A DNA stretch of 64,000 nt from a virus: positions 1-64,000 of IMG/VR virus record IMGVR_UViG_3300030103_003268; one strand, written 5' to 3'. A program made the translations under genes and the position numbers. Positions 27,620 to 37,156 of this stretch are shown here, in pieces. The notes beneath the pieces are model-generated. The model was not told the DNA's origin. It saw nothing but the letters and a program-made list of their open reading frames with translations, and searched no databases. Positions within the stretch are counted from its first letter, which is position 1, and each line of letters opens with the position of its first letter.

Positions 27620-29048
27620 TCCTTCTTTGGTTTTGCAGATTCTTGACAAAGATAAACTAGAAGCAAATAGTCTTGGTTTAGCAAAGGCAAAGAAATGGTT
27701 GGCTAAAATCTTTGATGTTTTTGATGATGAAATTGATGGATTAATTTATGCTCACAATGATTTGGGCGAAGCAATTTATCACCTTGACCCATCAGCAGAA
27801 AAGCAACGAAATTTTTCTGTTCAGTATGTTCACCGACTACTGAACATGAATTGTGGAAAAATTGATTCTAATGAATTTGAAATGATTGAGGAATCAATTT
27901 TGGCTATGTCTGCAAACGCACGACGCTGGTTCATTCGGTATATGCTTAGAACGCCACGAAACGGAATCAATGAAGGAACAGTAGCGAAGATTATCGCCAA
28001 GCACTACAATAAGAAGCAAGCAGATGTAAAGAAACATTTGAACTTTAATTCTGTTGAAGTAGTTTGTCAGTATTATGAGGCGGGCAATACCCCTCCTTGT
28101 AATTTAACTTACGGAAAGTTCGTAAAACCAATGCTTGCTAAGGAAGTTCCGATGAATAAGTGGCCGACTGATTTTGTTGTTGATTACAAATACGATGGAA
28201 ATCGCTATCAAATTCACATTGATGGAGATAAAACTATGATTTTTAATCGTAAGGGTAAAATCGTAACTCAGCAATTCCCTGATGTTGTTGAATTGGTTCA
28301 AGCCTATGATATTGAAAACGCTATTCTTGATGGTGAAATCTATCCTATCTTGGAAAATGGCGCACCTGCACCTCATAAACAAATGGGAACAAGGGTTCAT
28401 TCAAAGAATGTTCAAGAGGCTATGGAAAGGGTCAAGGTTGAATGGGTCATTTTTGATTGTCTCATGTTGAATAACGAAACAGTCATGGATTTGTCATACA
28501 CGGAACGCTTAGAGAAGATGAAAGACTTGCCGAATCAAGCACACCGAATCACCGAGGGCGACATTATGGCCTTTTACCATGAAGCAATCAACGAAGGATT
28601 TGAAGGAATCATCGTTAAAGATGCAAGCCAACCTTATCAATCAGGAAAACGCTCCGTTTTCTGGGCTAAATACAAACCTCCGCAGATAAACCTTGATGTT
28701 GTTATCCTTTCTGCTAAATATGGAGAAGGGAAACGAGCAAGTGTTTTCGGCACTTACGAGTTAGGCGTGAGGGCTAATAATGGTTATCACAGCGTCGGCT
28801 GGTGTGGAACCGGCTTCTCGGATAGCGATTTAATCAACCTCACTAATACGCTACGGCGTAATGTTGAATCCTTTGACAACGGGCGATTCTTTGTTTCACC
28901 TGTTGTTATCCTTGAAGTCAAGGCTGATTTGGTTAGCCGTGATGAAAAAGGCAACTTGGGTCTAAGGTTTCCAAGATGTGTCCGTATTCGTGATGATAAG
29001 TTTGTTGCAGATATTAATACCTTAAATGATGTGGAGAGATTAGAATGA
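27507..29048 (+). CDS. lig: ATP-dependent DNA ligase
   Basis: KPMLA, YKYDGNRYQ, ILDGEI, EGIIVK, WAKYK, LRFPR..RIRDDK. Confidence 0.95.
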   Translation: MTWENMSRMLQATDQLTPTQQISRISRDLETFTTQKSSPSLVLQILDKDKLEANSLGLAKAKKWLAKIFDVFDDEIDGLIYAHNDLGEAIYHLDPSAEKQRNFSVQYVHRLLNMNCGKIDSNEFEMIEESILAMSANARRWFIRYMLRTPRNGINEGTVAKIIAKHYNKKQADVKKHLNFNSVEVVCQYYEAGNTPPCNLTYGKFVKPMLAKEVPMNKWPTDFVVDYKYDGNRYQIHIDGDKTMIFNRKGKIVTQQFPDVVELVQAYDIENAILDGEIYPILENGAPAPHKQMGTRVHSKNVQEAMERVKVEWVIFDCLMLNNETVMDLSYTERLEKMKDLPNQAHRITEGDIMAFYHEAINEGFEGIIVKDASQPYQSGKRSVFWAKYKPPQINLDVVILSAKYGEGKRASVFGTYELGVRANNGYHSVGWCGTGFSDSDLINLTNTLRRNVESFDNGRFFVSPVVILEVKADLVSRDEKGNLGLRFPRCVRIRDDKFVADINTLNDVERLE

Positions 29049-29425
29049 AAGATGAAAAAGAAAATGCGGTTTGGAATACAAAATATTTTCCCGATGAACA
29101 CGGGAGATGTAGAAAAATCTCAGACATGAGTATGAATCAAACCAATAAAGCCCTTAAAACAATAAATGTTAGGATGAAAACCTGTATGCTTCATTTAGAA
29201 AGACTATATCAACGAAGATTTGTTTTAAAACAACAGTCAGGCGAGGAAGACTATACAGTAAAGAATCATAAACAGAAGATTATTAAAAATCTAGGTCTTA
29301 AAACTGAACTAGAAAAAAATGAACACATGCAACAGATTCTTTTGACAGCACTAGGCTTTATTGAAAGCGGGAAAGACCTTTCCTTAATTAAGGCCATTCT
29401 TGAACAAGCGAGGGATGAACTATGA
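29045..29425 (+). CDS. Hypothetical protein
   Basis: ORF track. Confidence 0.7.
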   Translation: MKDEKENAVWNTKYFPDEHGRCRKISDMSMNQTNKALKTINVRMKTCMLHLERLYQRRFVLKQQSGEEDYTVKNHKQKIIKNLGLKTELEKNEHMQQILLTALGFIESGKDLSLIKAILEQARDEL

Positions 29426-29865
29426 TTCAGCAAGGAGAAATGACAATTATTGATGCAATTACTTACAGATGTTTGAAGATTGATGAAGAGGGCTATGCTC
29501 ACTTAAAAAATATTCTACATGAGCAAGGAAGACCCAAGTTAGTTTTACAAAAGTATTGTCCTTATATCAAAGATAATCAAATCATTGTTCCAGAAAAGCC
29601 AACCTATAAGAAACCTAAACCTACTACTAAAATTAATATAACTCAATTAATTAAAGAAACGACTGACCTTCAGATTTCAAATGAAGCAAAGTATTTCATT
29701 ACTCAATGGGTTGAAACAGCGATTTCTAATCTTATAAGCAACGCAGAAGAGAACGCTCTTGAACGGGGCGATTCTCGTTTAACTGCGGCACATTTCTTTT
29801 GGCTTGAAACCAATACTGCACCGAATGGCTATTGGCCTTCAAATACAGAATACATGCAGGATTGA
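29422..29865 (+). CDS. Protein with a C-terminal archaeal histone-fold-like domain
   Basis: ITQLIKETTDLQISNEAKYFITQWVETAISNLISNAEENALERGDSRLTAAHF follows the HMf-like pattern. Confidence 0.65.
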   Translation: MIQQGEMTIIDAITYRCLKIDEEGYAHLKNILHEQGRPKLVLQKYCPYIKDNQIIVPEKPTYKKPKPTTKINITQLIKETTDLQISNEAKYFITQWVETAISNLISNAEENALERGDSRLTAAHFFWLETNTAPNGYWPSNTEYMQD

Positions 29866-29870
29866 TATTT

Positions 29871-30266
29871 ATGTATAGTAAAGATATGTTAATTGGTATC
29901 TTGCTAACTGCTGGTAAATTGGATTTTAATATTGAAAGGGCCAGTGATTCTCAAATAGGCTATCGTGTGAGGGTGAAAATTATCCTTCGTGCTGAAGAAC
30001 CATTTCTTAGAGCAGTTGAAAGAACGCTTCTTCAACATGAGATTACTTCTTCTTACAAAGAAAAAGAGTCAAAGACAAGACCGAAGCCTATTCTAAAGAT
30101 TGGTGGGATAAAAAATCTGTATAAATTGACAGAATTAGTTCCTGCATTACCTGACGCAAAAGGAGAATGGGGAACATTTAGAGAACTTGTTGAATTAATA
30201 TCAGAGAATAGACATAGAACATCAAGTGGACTTGATAGAATATTTGAATTGAAAGGGGTAATTTAA
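29871..30266 (+). CDS. LAGLIDADG-like endonuclease or derivative
   Basis: LIGILLTAGKL helix, GYRVRVK strand, H.TSSGLD.I..LK tail. Confidence 0.65.
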   Translation: MYSKDMLIGILLTAGKLDFNIERASDSQIGYRVRVKIILRAEEPFLRAVERTLLQHEITSSYKEKESKTRPKPILKIGGIKNLYKLTELVPALPDAKGEWGTFRELVELISENRHRTSSGLDRIFELKGVI

Positions 30267-31114
30267 TGGGACTAACAAATAGAAATAATGATAATAGAAC
30301 AATCCTACTAACGGGTAAAACTGGAACTGGAAAATCAACAAAGGCACTTACTTTCGTAAATGACCCAATCGTTCTATATGCAAACGATATTGATTTTGAT
30401 GTAGGTTCGTTTCCTGTGGAGAACGGAATCGTTATTGAAGATGTGCATTACAAACCTGATAAGTCAGCAATTTTGCATATCATACGCAATTACCGTGGTC
30501 AAGTAGTATTGACTTCTATTAACCAAAAATCTGTTCCTAAAGAAATTAAGGATATGTGTAAAATAAAAAGAGCAGGTTCTCATAATTTTCTTGAGGAAGA
30601 AATTAAAGAAATCGCTCCAAATAGCGAGAGTCCTTTCTCTTTAGATAGAGATACCTATTCTATTGTGAATGGTTTTCTCAAGGAGAGAAATAGAGACTTG
30701 GTTGCCGAAATATTATGGTTTAACAAACCATCAGACACACAGATTTTATCATGGTTGTCTGAAAATATGCACCCTAATAGGTTAATTTTTGTTGATGGAA
30801 GAGTTAAGCGAAGATGGAGCCAAAAGTATTTTTATGAAATGCTTGCTTATTCTCATATAGGCGGTTTTGTTGGACAACTAAATATGCCAAAAAGAAGAGC
30901 CTATTCACAGATACCCAAACTAGCGAGAAGATTGGGAGTTAAAAACCAAAGGCTTCTTCCTGATTTATTGAAGGATGAAGCATTTAAGGAACAAGCAAAA
31001 AAGAAACTCAACAATGCTGAGTGTCGTTTGCTTAAAATTGGTGAAAAGAGGCGTAGAAAGAAAACTACGCCAGTAGTAGCCACACAAACAGTATTGGAGG
31101 AATACTATGCCTAG
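30266..31114 (+). CDS. Replication factor C large subunit-like protein (reduced)
   Basis: GKTGTGKS, VIEDV, C-terminal PIP box QTVLEEYY; adjacent to the RFC small subunit. Confidence 0.7.
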   Translation: MGLTNRNNDNRTILLTGKTGTGKSTKALTFVNDPIVLYANDIDFDVGSFPVENGIVIEDVHYKPDKSAILHIIRNYRGQVVLTSINQKSVPKEIKDMCKIKRAGSHNFLEEEIKEIAPNSESPFSLDRDTYSIVNGFLKERNRDLVAEILWFNKPSDTQILSWLSENMHPNRLIFVDGRVKRRWSQKYFYEMLAYSHIGGFVGQLNMPKRRAYSQIPKLARRLGVKNQRLLPDLLKDEAFKEQAKKKLNNAECRLLKIGEKRRRKKTTPVVATQTVLEEYYA

Positions 31115-31337
31115 AACAAGAGGAATGAAACTAGCAATAAAGGAAGCAGAAAAAATTCTAAGAGAAAAAGGGCCGATGACGGCAGATGAATTAAAGTCTA
31201 CTTTAATATCTCTACCTAAATTAAAAAATACCTGTATTACTACACATAGATTGGCTCAACATCTTAAAAGAAAGCCCTTTAGTGTATTTGATAGGTTAAA
31301 TAATAACACTAAGATATATGCAATCGCAGAGGAATAA
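31107..31337 (+). CDS. Small wHTH-like protein
   Basis: ILREKGPMTADEL pattern. Confidence 0.6.
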   Translation: MPRTRGMKLAIKEAEKILREKGPMTADELKSTLISLPKLKNTCITTHRLAQHLKRKPFSVFDRLNNNTKIYAIAEE

Positions 31338-31339
31338 AT

Positions 31340-32248
31340 ATGTTATGGACAGAAAAATATAGACCAAAAAAATTAAATGAAGTAATAGGACAAGAACACT
31401 TTGTTTCTGATGCAAGAGGTTGGGTTGAAGAAAATAATATGCCCAATATCTTGTTATACGGAAATCCTGGAAATGGTAAAACAGGAGCAGGATTAACAAT
31501 TGGAAGAGAAATCTTAGGTGATTCTTTTCAAGATAATTTTGTTGAAGTAAATGCTTCTGATGATAGACGATTAGAGAATGTGCGAACAACAATTAAGAAT
31601 ATCGCTCAAAGTGGAACAATAGGTGATGCACCATTTAGAATCGTATTATTAGATGAAATGGATGGTATGACAACTGATGCCCAAAATGCACTAAAGCGTA
31701 TCATGGAACGGTATGCAAGTAATATTCGTTTCATTATTACCTGCAACGATAGAAATAAGATTATCTTTGCATTACAAAGTAGGTGTGCAAATTATCACTT
31801 TAAGCCACTCTCTAATGAGGCTGTTTTAGAAGTATTAACTTCAATTCTCAAGGCTGAAGAAATAACCCGATTCTCTGTTGATGAATTGGACTCCTTTATA
31901 TATGCTATGAATGGTGATATGCGGAGGGCGATTACAGAACTGCAAGCGGCAAAGGCCAGCAATTCTACCCTCAAAAGGCAAATTGAAGCGGGATTAAACG
32001 AATACAAAAAATTGTTAATGAAAATTGTAAATAAAGAAAAATTCGCATTAAGCACAATACACGATTTCTTACATAACGGATTTACTATCCGTGAAATTTG
32101 TATTGGCTTGCATGATGCGGTAATTCAAACTGAATTAGAAAGTAATATCAAATTCAAAATTTTAAGAACCATAGGAGAAAGCGAATGGCGTTCAACCACT
32201 ATGACTCCCAAGGTTTTAGCATCTTGGCTAATAAGCCAATTATCATAG
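31340..32248 (+). CDS. rfcS: Replication factor C small subunit
   Basis: WTEKYRP, GNPGNGKT, NASDDR, LDEMD, AQNALKR, LQSRC, GDMRRA. Confidence 0.95.
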   Translation: MLWTEKYRPKKLNEVIGQEHFVSDARGWVEENNMPNILLYGNPGNGKTGAGLTIGREILGDSFQDNFVEVNASDDRRLENVRTTIKNIAQSGTIGDAPFRIVLLDEMDGMTTDAQNALKRIMERYASNIRFIITCNDRNKIIFALQSRCANYHFKPLSNEAVLEVLTSILKAEEITRFSVDELDSFIYAMNGDMRRAITELQAAKASNSTLKRQIEAGLNEYKKLLMKIVNKEKFALSTIHDFLHNGFTIREICIGLHDAVIQTELESNIKFKILRTIGESEWRSTTMTPKVLASWLISQLS

Positions 32249-32270
32249 ATTTGGACAAAGAAAAATAAAT

Positions 32271-33506
32271 ATGGAAGTGAAAAACATGCAAGAAAACATG
32301 AAAGCAGAAATTGAAAAGGGCGCACAGGCTATCGGCTTGAGCGTTGAAGAAGCGAAGAACAAGTTTGAAGAGATTTGTTCCGAAAACAGCATTGAAACAA
32401 CAAACCCTATCGCTAAGGGTCTTTGGCGAAACTTTGTTGCGAATGTGAAGCGAACACAGAATAACGATGGTGATGAAAAGAAAGATAATGATTCTTTCTA
32501 CAAAGCAGCCTTTGGCTTCTTTGTGTCATTGGATGCACCAAGAGACATGATGGCTTGGAACAGAATGAAAGCAAAAGAGGAATTTATGCGTGATTCTGAT
32601 AATGCTCTTGAGCAAGGTATTGTGGCTATTGCTTCGCAAAATGCCCTTGGTAAGTGGGTTGTTTCCCGCTATCACAATGGAGAATACAATGAGAAGACTA
32701 TTTCCACTCTTCCTTCGGGAGCAGAAGAAACAGAAGATGGTCGCTTCTTTATCCCATTGGATAATACTGCTACCTACATGAATGGTGGTAAAAACAATAA
32801 TTACGGTAAGCCTCTTCCAGCAGAACAAATGCGACGAAGCGGTATTTTCTTTGGTTCAATTGGAACAGGAGAAATGAAACCGTATTTCTTCTCCTACAAA
32901 AATCAAGGCGGGGTAGATTTTGCACCAAATACTTTTGAATGGGTGCATTTCCTTTGCGTTGCTAACGACAATGGAACTGACATTTACGGTGCTAAAGATT
33001 TGACTTTTAACAGTCTTTCTCTTAATGCAGAAATGAATCCCGATAATGAACTTTATCGTGATATGTCCACATTTGACTTTGAGGACTGTCTGCGAGAAAA
33101 CTTTGAATCTCATCTTGTTCCTCTCGTTGATATGGATAAAGCACACATTAACCGTCAAGCACTTCCTTCAAAGGAACGATACATTATCACAGATGGAACA
33201 GTCTGTAATATGAATATGACTCCAACAAAGAACGGAAACAGAATCATTAACTTAACTGATTTAAATGCAGAAATGGATTATGACTCTAGCGAGTCGGGCA
33301 TTACTACTTGCTGGATTCCTGAGCATTTGACTCTTGACTTTGGTATTGGTTCTTCTGTCATAGTAATTGGCCGAACAAGCCAAAGAACCACCGATGAAGG
33401 AGTTGAACCAACAACTATCAATGTTGCTGGTCTTTACTGCACTGTTCGCCATGGTTCAGTTGTTGAGGTTTCTGTTCCTGTTGAAGAGGACTTTGACTGG
33501 TTTTGA
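32271..33506 (+). CDS. Putative ssDNA-binding protein (RPA-like, OB fold)
   Basis: C-terminal OB-like strands, acidic-aromatic tail EEDFDWF, replication context. Confidence 0.6.
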   Translation: MEVKNMQENMKAEIEKGAQAIGLSVEEAKNKFEEICSENSIETTNPIAKGLWRNFVANVKRTQNNDGDEKKDNDSFYKAAFGFFVSLDAPRDMMAWNRMKAKEEFMRDSDNALEQGIVAIASQNALGKWVVSRYHNGEYNEKTISTLPSGAEETEDGRFFIPLDNTATYMNGGKNNNYGKPLPAEQMRRSGIFFGSIGTGEMKPYFFSYKNQGGVDFAPNTFEWVHFLCVANDNGTDIYGAKDLTFNSLSLNAEMNPDNELYRDMSTFDFEDCLRENFESHLVPLVDMDKAHINRQALPSKERYIITDGTVCNMNMTPTKNGNRIINLTDLNAEMDYDSSESGITTCWIPEHLTLDFGIGSSVIVIGRTSQRTTDEGVEPTTINVAGLYCTVRHGSVVEVSVPVEEDFDWF

Positions 33507-33548
33507 TTAAAACCAATCGTTGTGTAGTCGTTGGCGTTAATGACGGCC

Positions 33549-33570
33549 ATAGAGGTGCGAAGCCTCTATC
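33549..33570 (+). terminator. Stem-loop after the SSB gene
   Basis: ATAGAGG-TGCGAAG-CCTCTAT. Confidence 0.45.
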
Positions 33571-33588
33571 TTAAAAAGGTGAAAAAAT

Positions 33589-33885
33589 ATGGAATACATT
33601 TACATTAGTAATTTTAATTCAGCGTTTATCGCTGAAGAATTTGTTATTAAGTCTGGTAGTTGGATTATTGATTTGAAAGATGTTCAATTCATGACTTACC
33701 GACTTAATGAAAGAGACGAGACTTCTTATCTTATCAACTTCCACATTGGAAGTAAAGAAACCAAAATAATGGTTGATGATATTGAATCTGTAAAAGCGTT
33801 ATTTAACTCTTGGACAGAGGCTAAAGGATTAGAAGTGGATTTTGAAGAAGAAGATATTAAAGGAGAAGTGAAAAAATGGGATTAA
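33589..33885 (+). CDS. Hypothetical protein
   Basis: AGGTGA RBS. Confidence 0.7.
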   Translation: MEYIYISNFNSAFIAEEFVIKSGSWIIDLKDVQFMTYRLNERDETSYLINFHIGSKETKIMVDDIESVKALFNSWTEAKGLEVDFEEEDIKGEVKKWD

Positions 33886-34697
33886 CTAGCAATAAAAATA
33901 CGAGCGCAGTAGAAGAAGGGATGTCTCAAAATGCAAGAGTTATTGCATTTAGAGACAAACTAGCAAAACAAACGGAAGGAAGAAAAGCCCGAAGCAACCG
34001 TCTTATTTGTGGTGTTTGGGGAGAACCAAAGACAGTTAAAAGCGGTTTGGCTCTTGATTTTCCAAACAAACAAATCTATGTTTTGGATTGGGATGATGGT
34101 TGCGAACCAACTTGGAGACAAAACCATGAAATGACTGATAGGATTACTCTTTGGAATCCTGAAGTCCGAAACAAAAATGGTGAATTGGATATTCAAAAGT
34201 CGGAAGCAAACTCAGAAGACTTTGTTTTATTTGTTAAATCAAAGATTGAAGAAGGAGAAGATTGTCTTTTTGTTTTTGACGGCGTAGATAAATGGCTTGA
34301 TTGTTGCACATTAAATGTGACTGGCTCTTCAAAGATTGGAAAACCACAAAAGATGAAATTTGAATGGGGTAAAAGAAATGCACCGTTCTATTCTCTTTTG
34401 ATGATGTGCAAGAATCTTAATTGCGACCAAATCTACATTACGCATTCAAAGGCTGATTATGGTGCAACTGGAGAAGTTATTGGCTCTAAACCTAACTGGC
34501 ATAACTGGGGTGATTACCTGTATCAAATTATTACTACGAGAAGAACACGCAAAAAGAATGATGTTGTATATAAGGCTGAATTACTTAGCAGTAAAACCAA
34601 CACCGAACTAGTGGGTAGGTCTTGGGAAACATTAACCGTTGGTAGTGGTAAAGTTTCTTGGGAAGGAATATCTGAATTGCGTGAGGGATTAATTTGA
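33876..34697 (+). CDS. RecA/Sak4-like P-loop ATPase
   Basis: Degenerate Walker A GEPKTVKS, VLDWDDG, VFDGVD, YITHS. Confidence 0.7.
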   Translation: MGLTSNKNTSAVEEGMSQNARVIAFRDKLAKQTEGRKARSNRLICGVWGEPKTVKSGLALDFPNKQIYVLDWDDGCEPTWRQNHEMTDRITLWNPEVRNKNGELDIQKSEANSEDFVLFVKSKIEEGEDCLFVFDGVDKWLDCCTLNVTGSSKIGKPQKMKFEWGKRNAPFYSLLMMCKNLNCDQIYITHSKADYGATGEVIGSKPNWHNWGDYLYQIITTRRTRKKNDVVYKAELLSSKTNTELVGRSWETLTVGSGKVSWEGISELREGLI

Positions 34698-35461
34698 AGT
34701 TCACAATTGATAGTGATACCCTAAAGAAAGCATTAGAAAGCGTTCAAGTAAGAGGCAAAGGAACAACCAATAGTGGTTTTGGCTCAACTAATTTTGGCAC
34801 TTATGCCTATTTAGTGGCTGATACTGCTTCTATTGAAATTTGGAATGGAAATGCTACCTTTTGTGTTAAGATTAGTCTTGATGCTAATGTTGAAGAACAA
34901 GGCCGAGTTTGTTTTGATAGTGCAACCGTTATCCCTTATTTGAAAAACTTTGGCGGAGAGGACATCGTTTTCTCGGTTGGTGATTTCATTGTCATTAACT
35001 GCGGGACAAAAAAGGCTTCTATACCTTTGGTTGTTAATCACCCAAACGCTGATGCTATCTCAAGAATCCAAAACATGTTGAATCCTGTTTCATATGAGAT
35101 TCAGCCTCAGACTCTTTTTAACTTTGGTAAATCTAAGTTTGAAGGAGCATTTACGCTCACACAACGACAATTACAGGATGCAATTAAAGCCTGTGAACTG
35201 GTCAAAAGTGGAGTATATAAAATTGATTTTAATAATGGCTTGTTGAATATTTCAACACGACAAGATATTACAAATAAATACGAAGAAACAATAACTCCTG
35301 CTTTCCCTACCGGAGAACCTGCTACGATGGAGTTTAGTTCACCAATCTATGCTTTCTTTGAGAAAGACCAAATGTTGAATTTTTATGTAAAAGATGACTT
35401 TCCTCTTTTAGTAGTAGCCAATGATAGAATACTGTTGAAAGCACCACATATTTCAGGGTGA
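34694..35461 (+). CDS. pcn: DNA sliding clamp (PCNA-like)
   Basis: 255 aa, TTG start, two-domain clamp pattern, ends FPLLVV...ILLKAP; directly upstream of PolB. Confidence 0.75.
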   Translation: MKFTIDSDTLKKALESVQVRGKGTTNSGFGSTNFGTYAYLVADTASIEIWNGNATFCVKISLDANVEEQGRVCFDSATVIPYLKNFGGEDIVFSVGDFIVINCGTKKASIPLVVNHPNADAISRIQNMLNPVSYEIQPQTLFNFGKSKFEGAFTLTQRQLQDAIKACELVKSGVYKIDFNNGLLNISTRQDITNKYEETITPAFPTGEPATMEFSSPIYAFFEKDQMLNFYVKDDFPLLVVANDRILLKAPHISG

Positions 35462-35467
35462 ATAATA

Positions 35468-37156
35468 ATGATAATTAGTAGAATGAATGATGGAAATAGA
35501 ATATACAAATCGTGGAGAGAGAACGGAGAGAAGAAATATGAGATTATTCCTTTCCGGCCTTATTTTTATGTAAAGGAAGACAGCGCAGAACCATTTGAAT
35601 ATAAGCCGAGTAAATATATTAGTCGGGAATTTGAGTATGTTCGTGGTGATTGGGTTAATCTTAACAATGAACCTTTAAAGAAAGTAATTGTTGAGACTTC
35701 TCACGATATGCGAAAAGCAAAGGATATGTTCGGTGAAACCTATGAAGCCGATGTTCCTTTTCACTTTCGGTATTGTGTAGATGAATTACATGAAATGCCT
35801 GAATATAAAATGCGTAAGTGGTATTGGGATATGGAATGGCAACAAGGCGGTGAATATCACGACCAATTGACTACAATTGTTGTTTATGATAACTATGATG
35901 AAGAATATCTTCAATGGAGTTGGTTTCCTAATGAATTTGAAGAGAATTTATATACGGGTGAAATGGATAAATCAATTAGCAATTCATTACCAAAATTTAA
36001 TTCTTGGGTTTTTGAAACTGAAAAAGATATGATTGAACATTTCTTTACAGAAATGATTATTTACGACCCCGATATGTTAATTGCTTGGTTTGGTCATTTT
36101 GCTGATTTACCAAAGTTGTTTGAACGGGCTTGTGCGGTGGGTCTTGACCCTCGCATTATTTCACCCACGGCGACCATTAAGGGAGTAAAGACAGTAAAAG
36201 ATGGCTATGAGTTTAAATATTCAGAGAAAGGTTTTTCTCCAATTGAACAACCTATTGGTGGGAGAATTACTCTTTCTTTGGACTTGGCATTTGAAAGACA
36301 ATGGAATGATTCTCAAAGAGGAACACTACCTTCTCTTTCTCTTGATTATATCGGTGAAACTGTTCTTGATAAGAAGAAGTTAGTATCGGAAAAGTTTCCA
36401 GACACCAATGAATTTTATCGCAGGGCTTGGTTAGAAGATACAGAAACATATCTCAAGTATGCTTTGAGAGATGTTGAATTGATGGTTGAGATTGATGAAA
36501 CTAACTTTTGTAGTGAAGCAATCCTTTCTCTTCAACGACTGTTGAAAGCACCATTTGATGCTTGTTTTTATGCAAGCCATATGGGTTCTATTTACTTTAT
36601 GCGAAACGCTACTTGGAAAGCACCAACTGGTAGTAAAGTGGATAAAAGACAAGAATACGAAGGTGCGATGATTTATGACCCATTAAGTGAAGAAACAAAC
36701 GGATTACATTTAAATGTAGCCGCCTTTGATTTTGCTGGTCTATATCCTAGTATGATGATTGCTCGCAATATTAGTTGGGAAACTAAGTCAGTAGAACCTA
36801 CTGAATTTGCGGTTAATATTCTCACCCCAAGAGACTTTAGCGAAACAAAGCATGAGCAGATACTTTATTACAAAACAGATAAACTCGGCCTACTGCCGAG
36901 AGCCGTTCTTGAATTGAAGGAGTTGCGAAATGAATATAAACGACTGATGCGAGAGGCAAGAGAAACGGACAATGGCGAGTATGCAAAGTGGTATAACAAT
37001 CAAATGGCAGTAAAGCGACTAATGGCCTCTTTTTATGGCATTGTTGCTTTTCAGGGCTTTGGTTGGGCTGATGTTGATTTAGCGGCATCTATTACTGCAA
37101 GTGCAAGAGAAGCAATTAGATTAGCGGCCTTTGCTGCAAAGGAGATGGAAGAATGA
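35468..37156 (+). CDS. polB: Family B DNA polymerase, N-terminal part (exonuclease, motifs A and B)
   Basis: WDMEW, YALRDV, FDFAGLYPS, QMAVKRLMASFYG. Confidence 0.93.
   Translation: MIISRMNDGNRIYKSWRENGEKKYEIIPFRPYFYVKEDSAEPFEYKPSKYISREFEYVRGDWVNLNNEPLKKVIVETSHDMRKAKDMFGETYEADVPFHFRYCVDELHEMPEYKMRKWYWDMEWQQGGEYHDQLTTIVVYDNYDEEYLQWSWFPNEFEENLYTGEMDKSISNSLPKFNSWVFETEKDMIEHFFTEMIIYDPDMLIAWFGHFADLPKLFERACAVGLDPRIISPTATIKGVKTVKDGYEFKYSEKGFSPIEQPIGGRITLSLDLAFERQWNDSQRGTLPSLSLDYIGETVLDKKKLVSEKFPDTNEFYRRAWLEDTETYLKYALRDVELMVEIDETNFCSEAILSLQRLLKAPFDACFYASHMGSIYFMRNATWKAPTGSKVDKRQEYEGAMIYDPLSEETNGLHLNVAAFDFAGLYPSMMIARNISWETKSVEPTEFAVNILTPRDFSETKHEQILYYKTDKLGLLPRAVLELKELRNEYKRLMREARETDNGEYAKWYNNQMAVKRLMASFYGIVAFQGFGWADVDLAASITASAREAIRLAAFAAKEMEE

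Noticed and set aside
36578-36585. An eleventh CCATATGG core inside polB
   Set aside because: It lacks the CAAAG/CTTTG arms and lies in coding sequence; about one chance occurrence is expected in a window this size.
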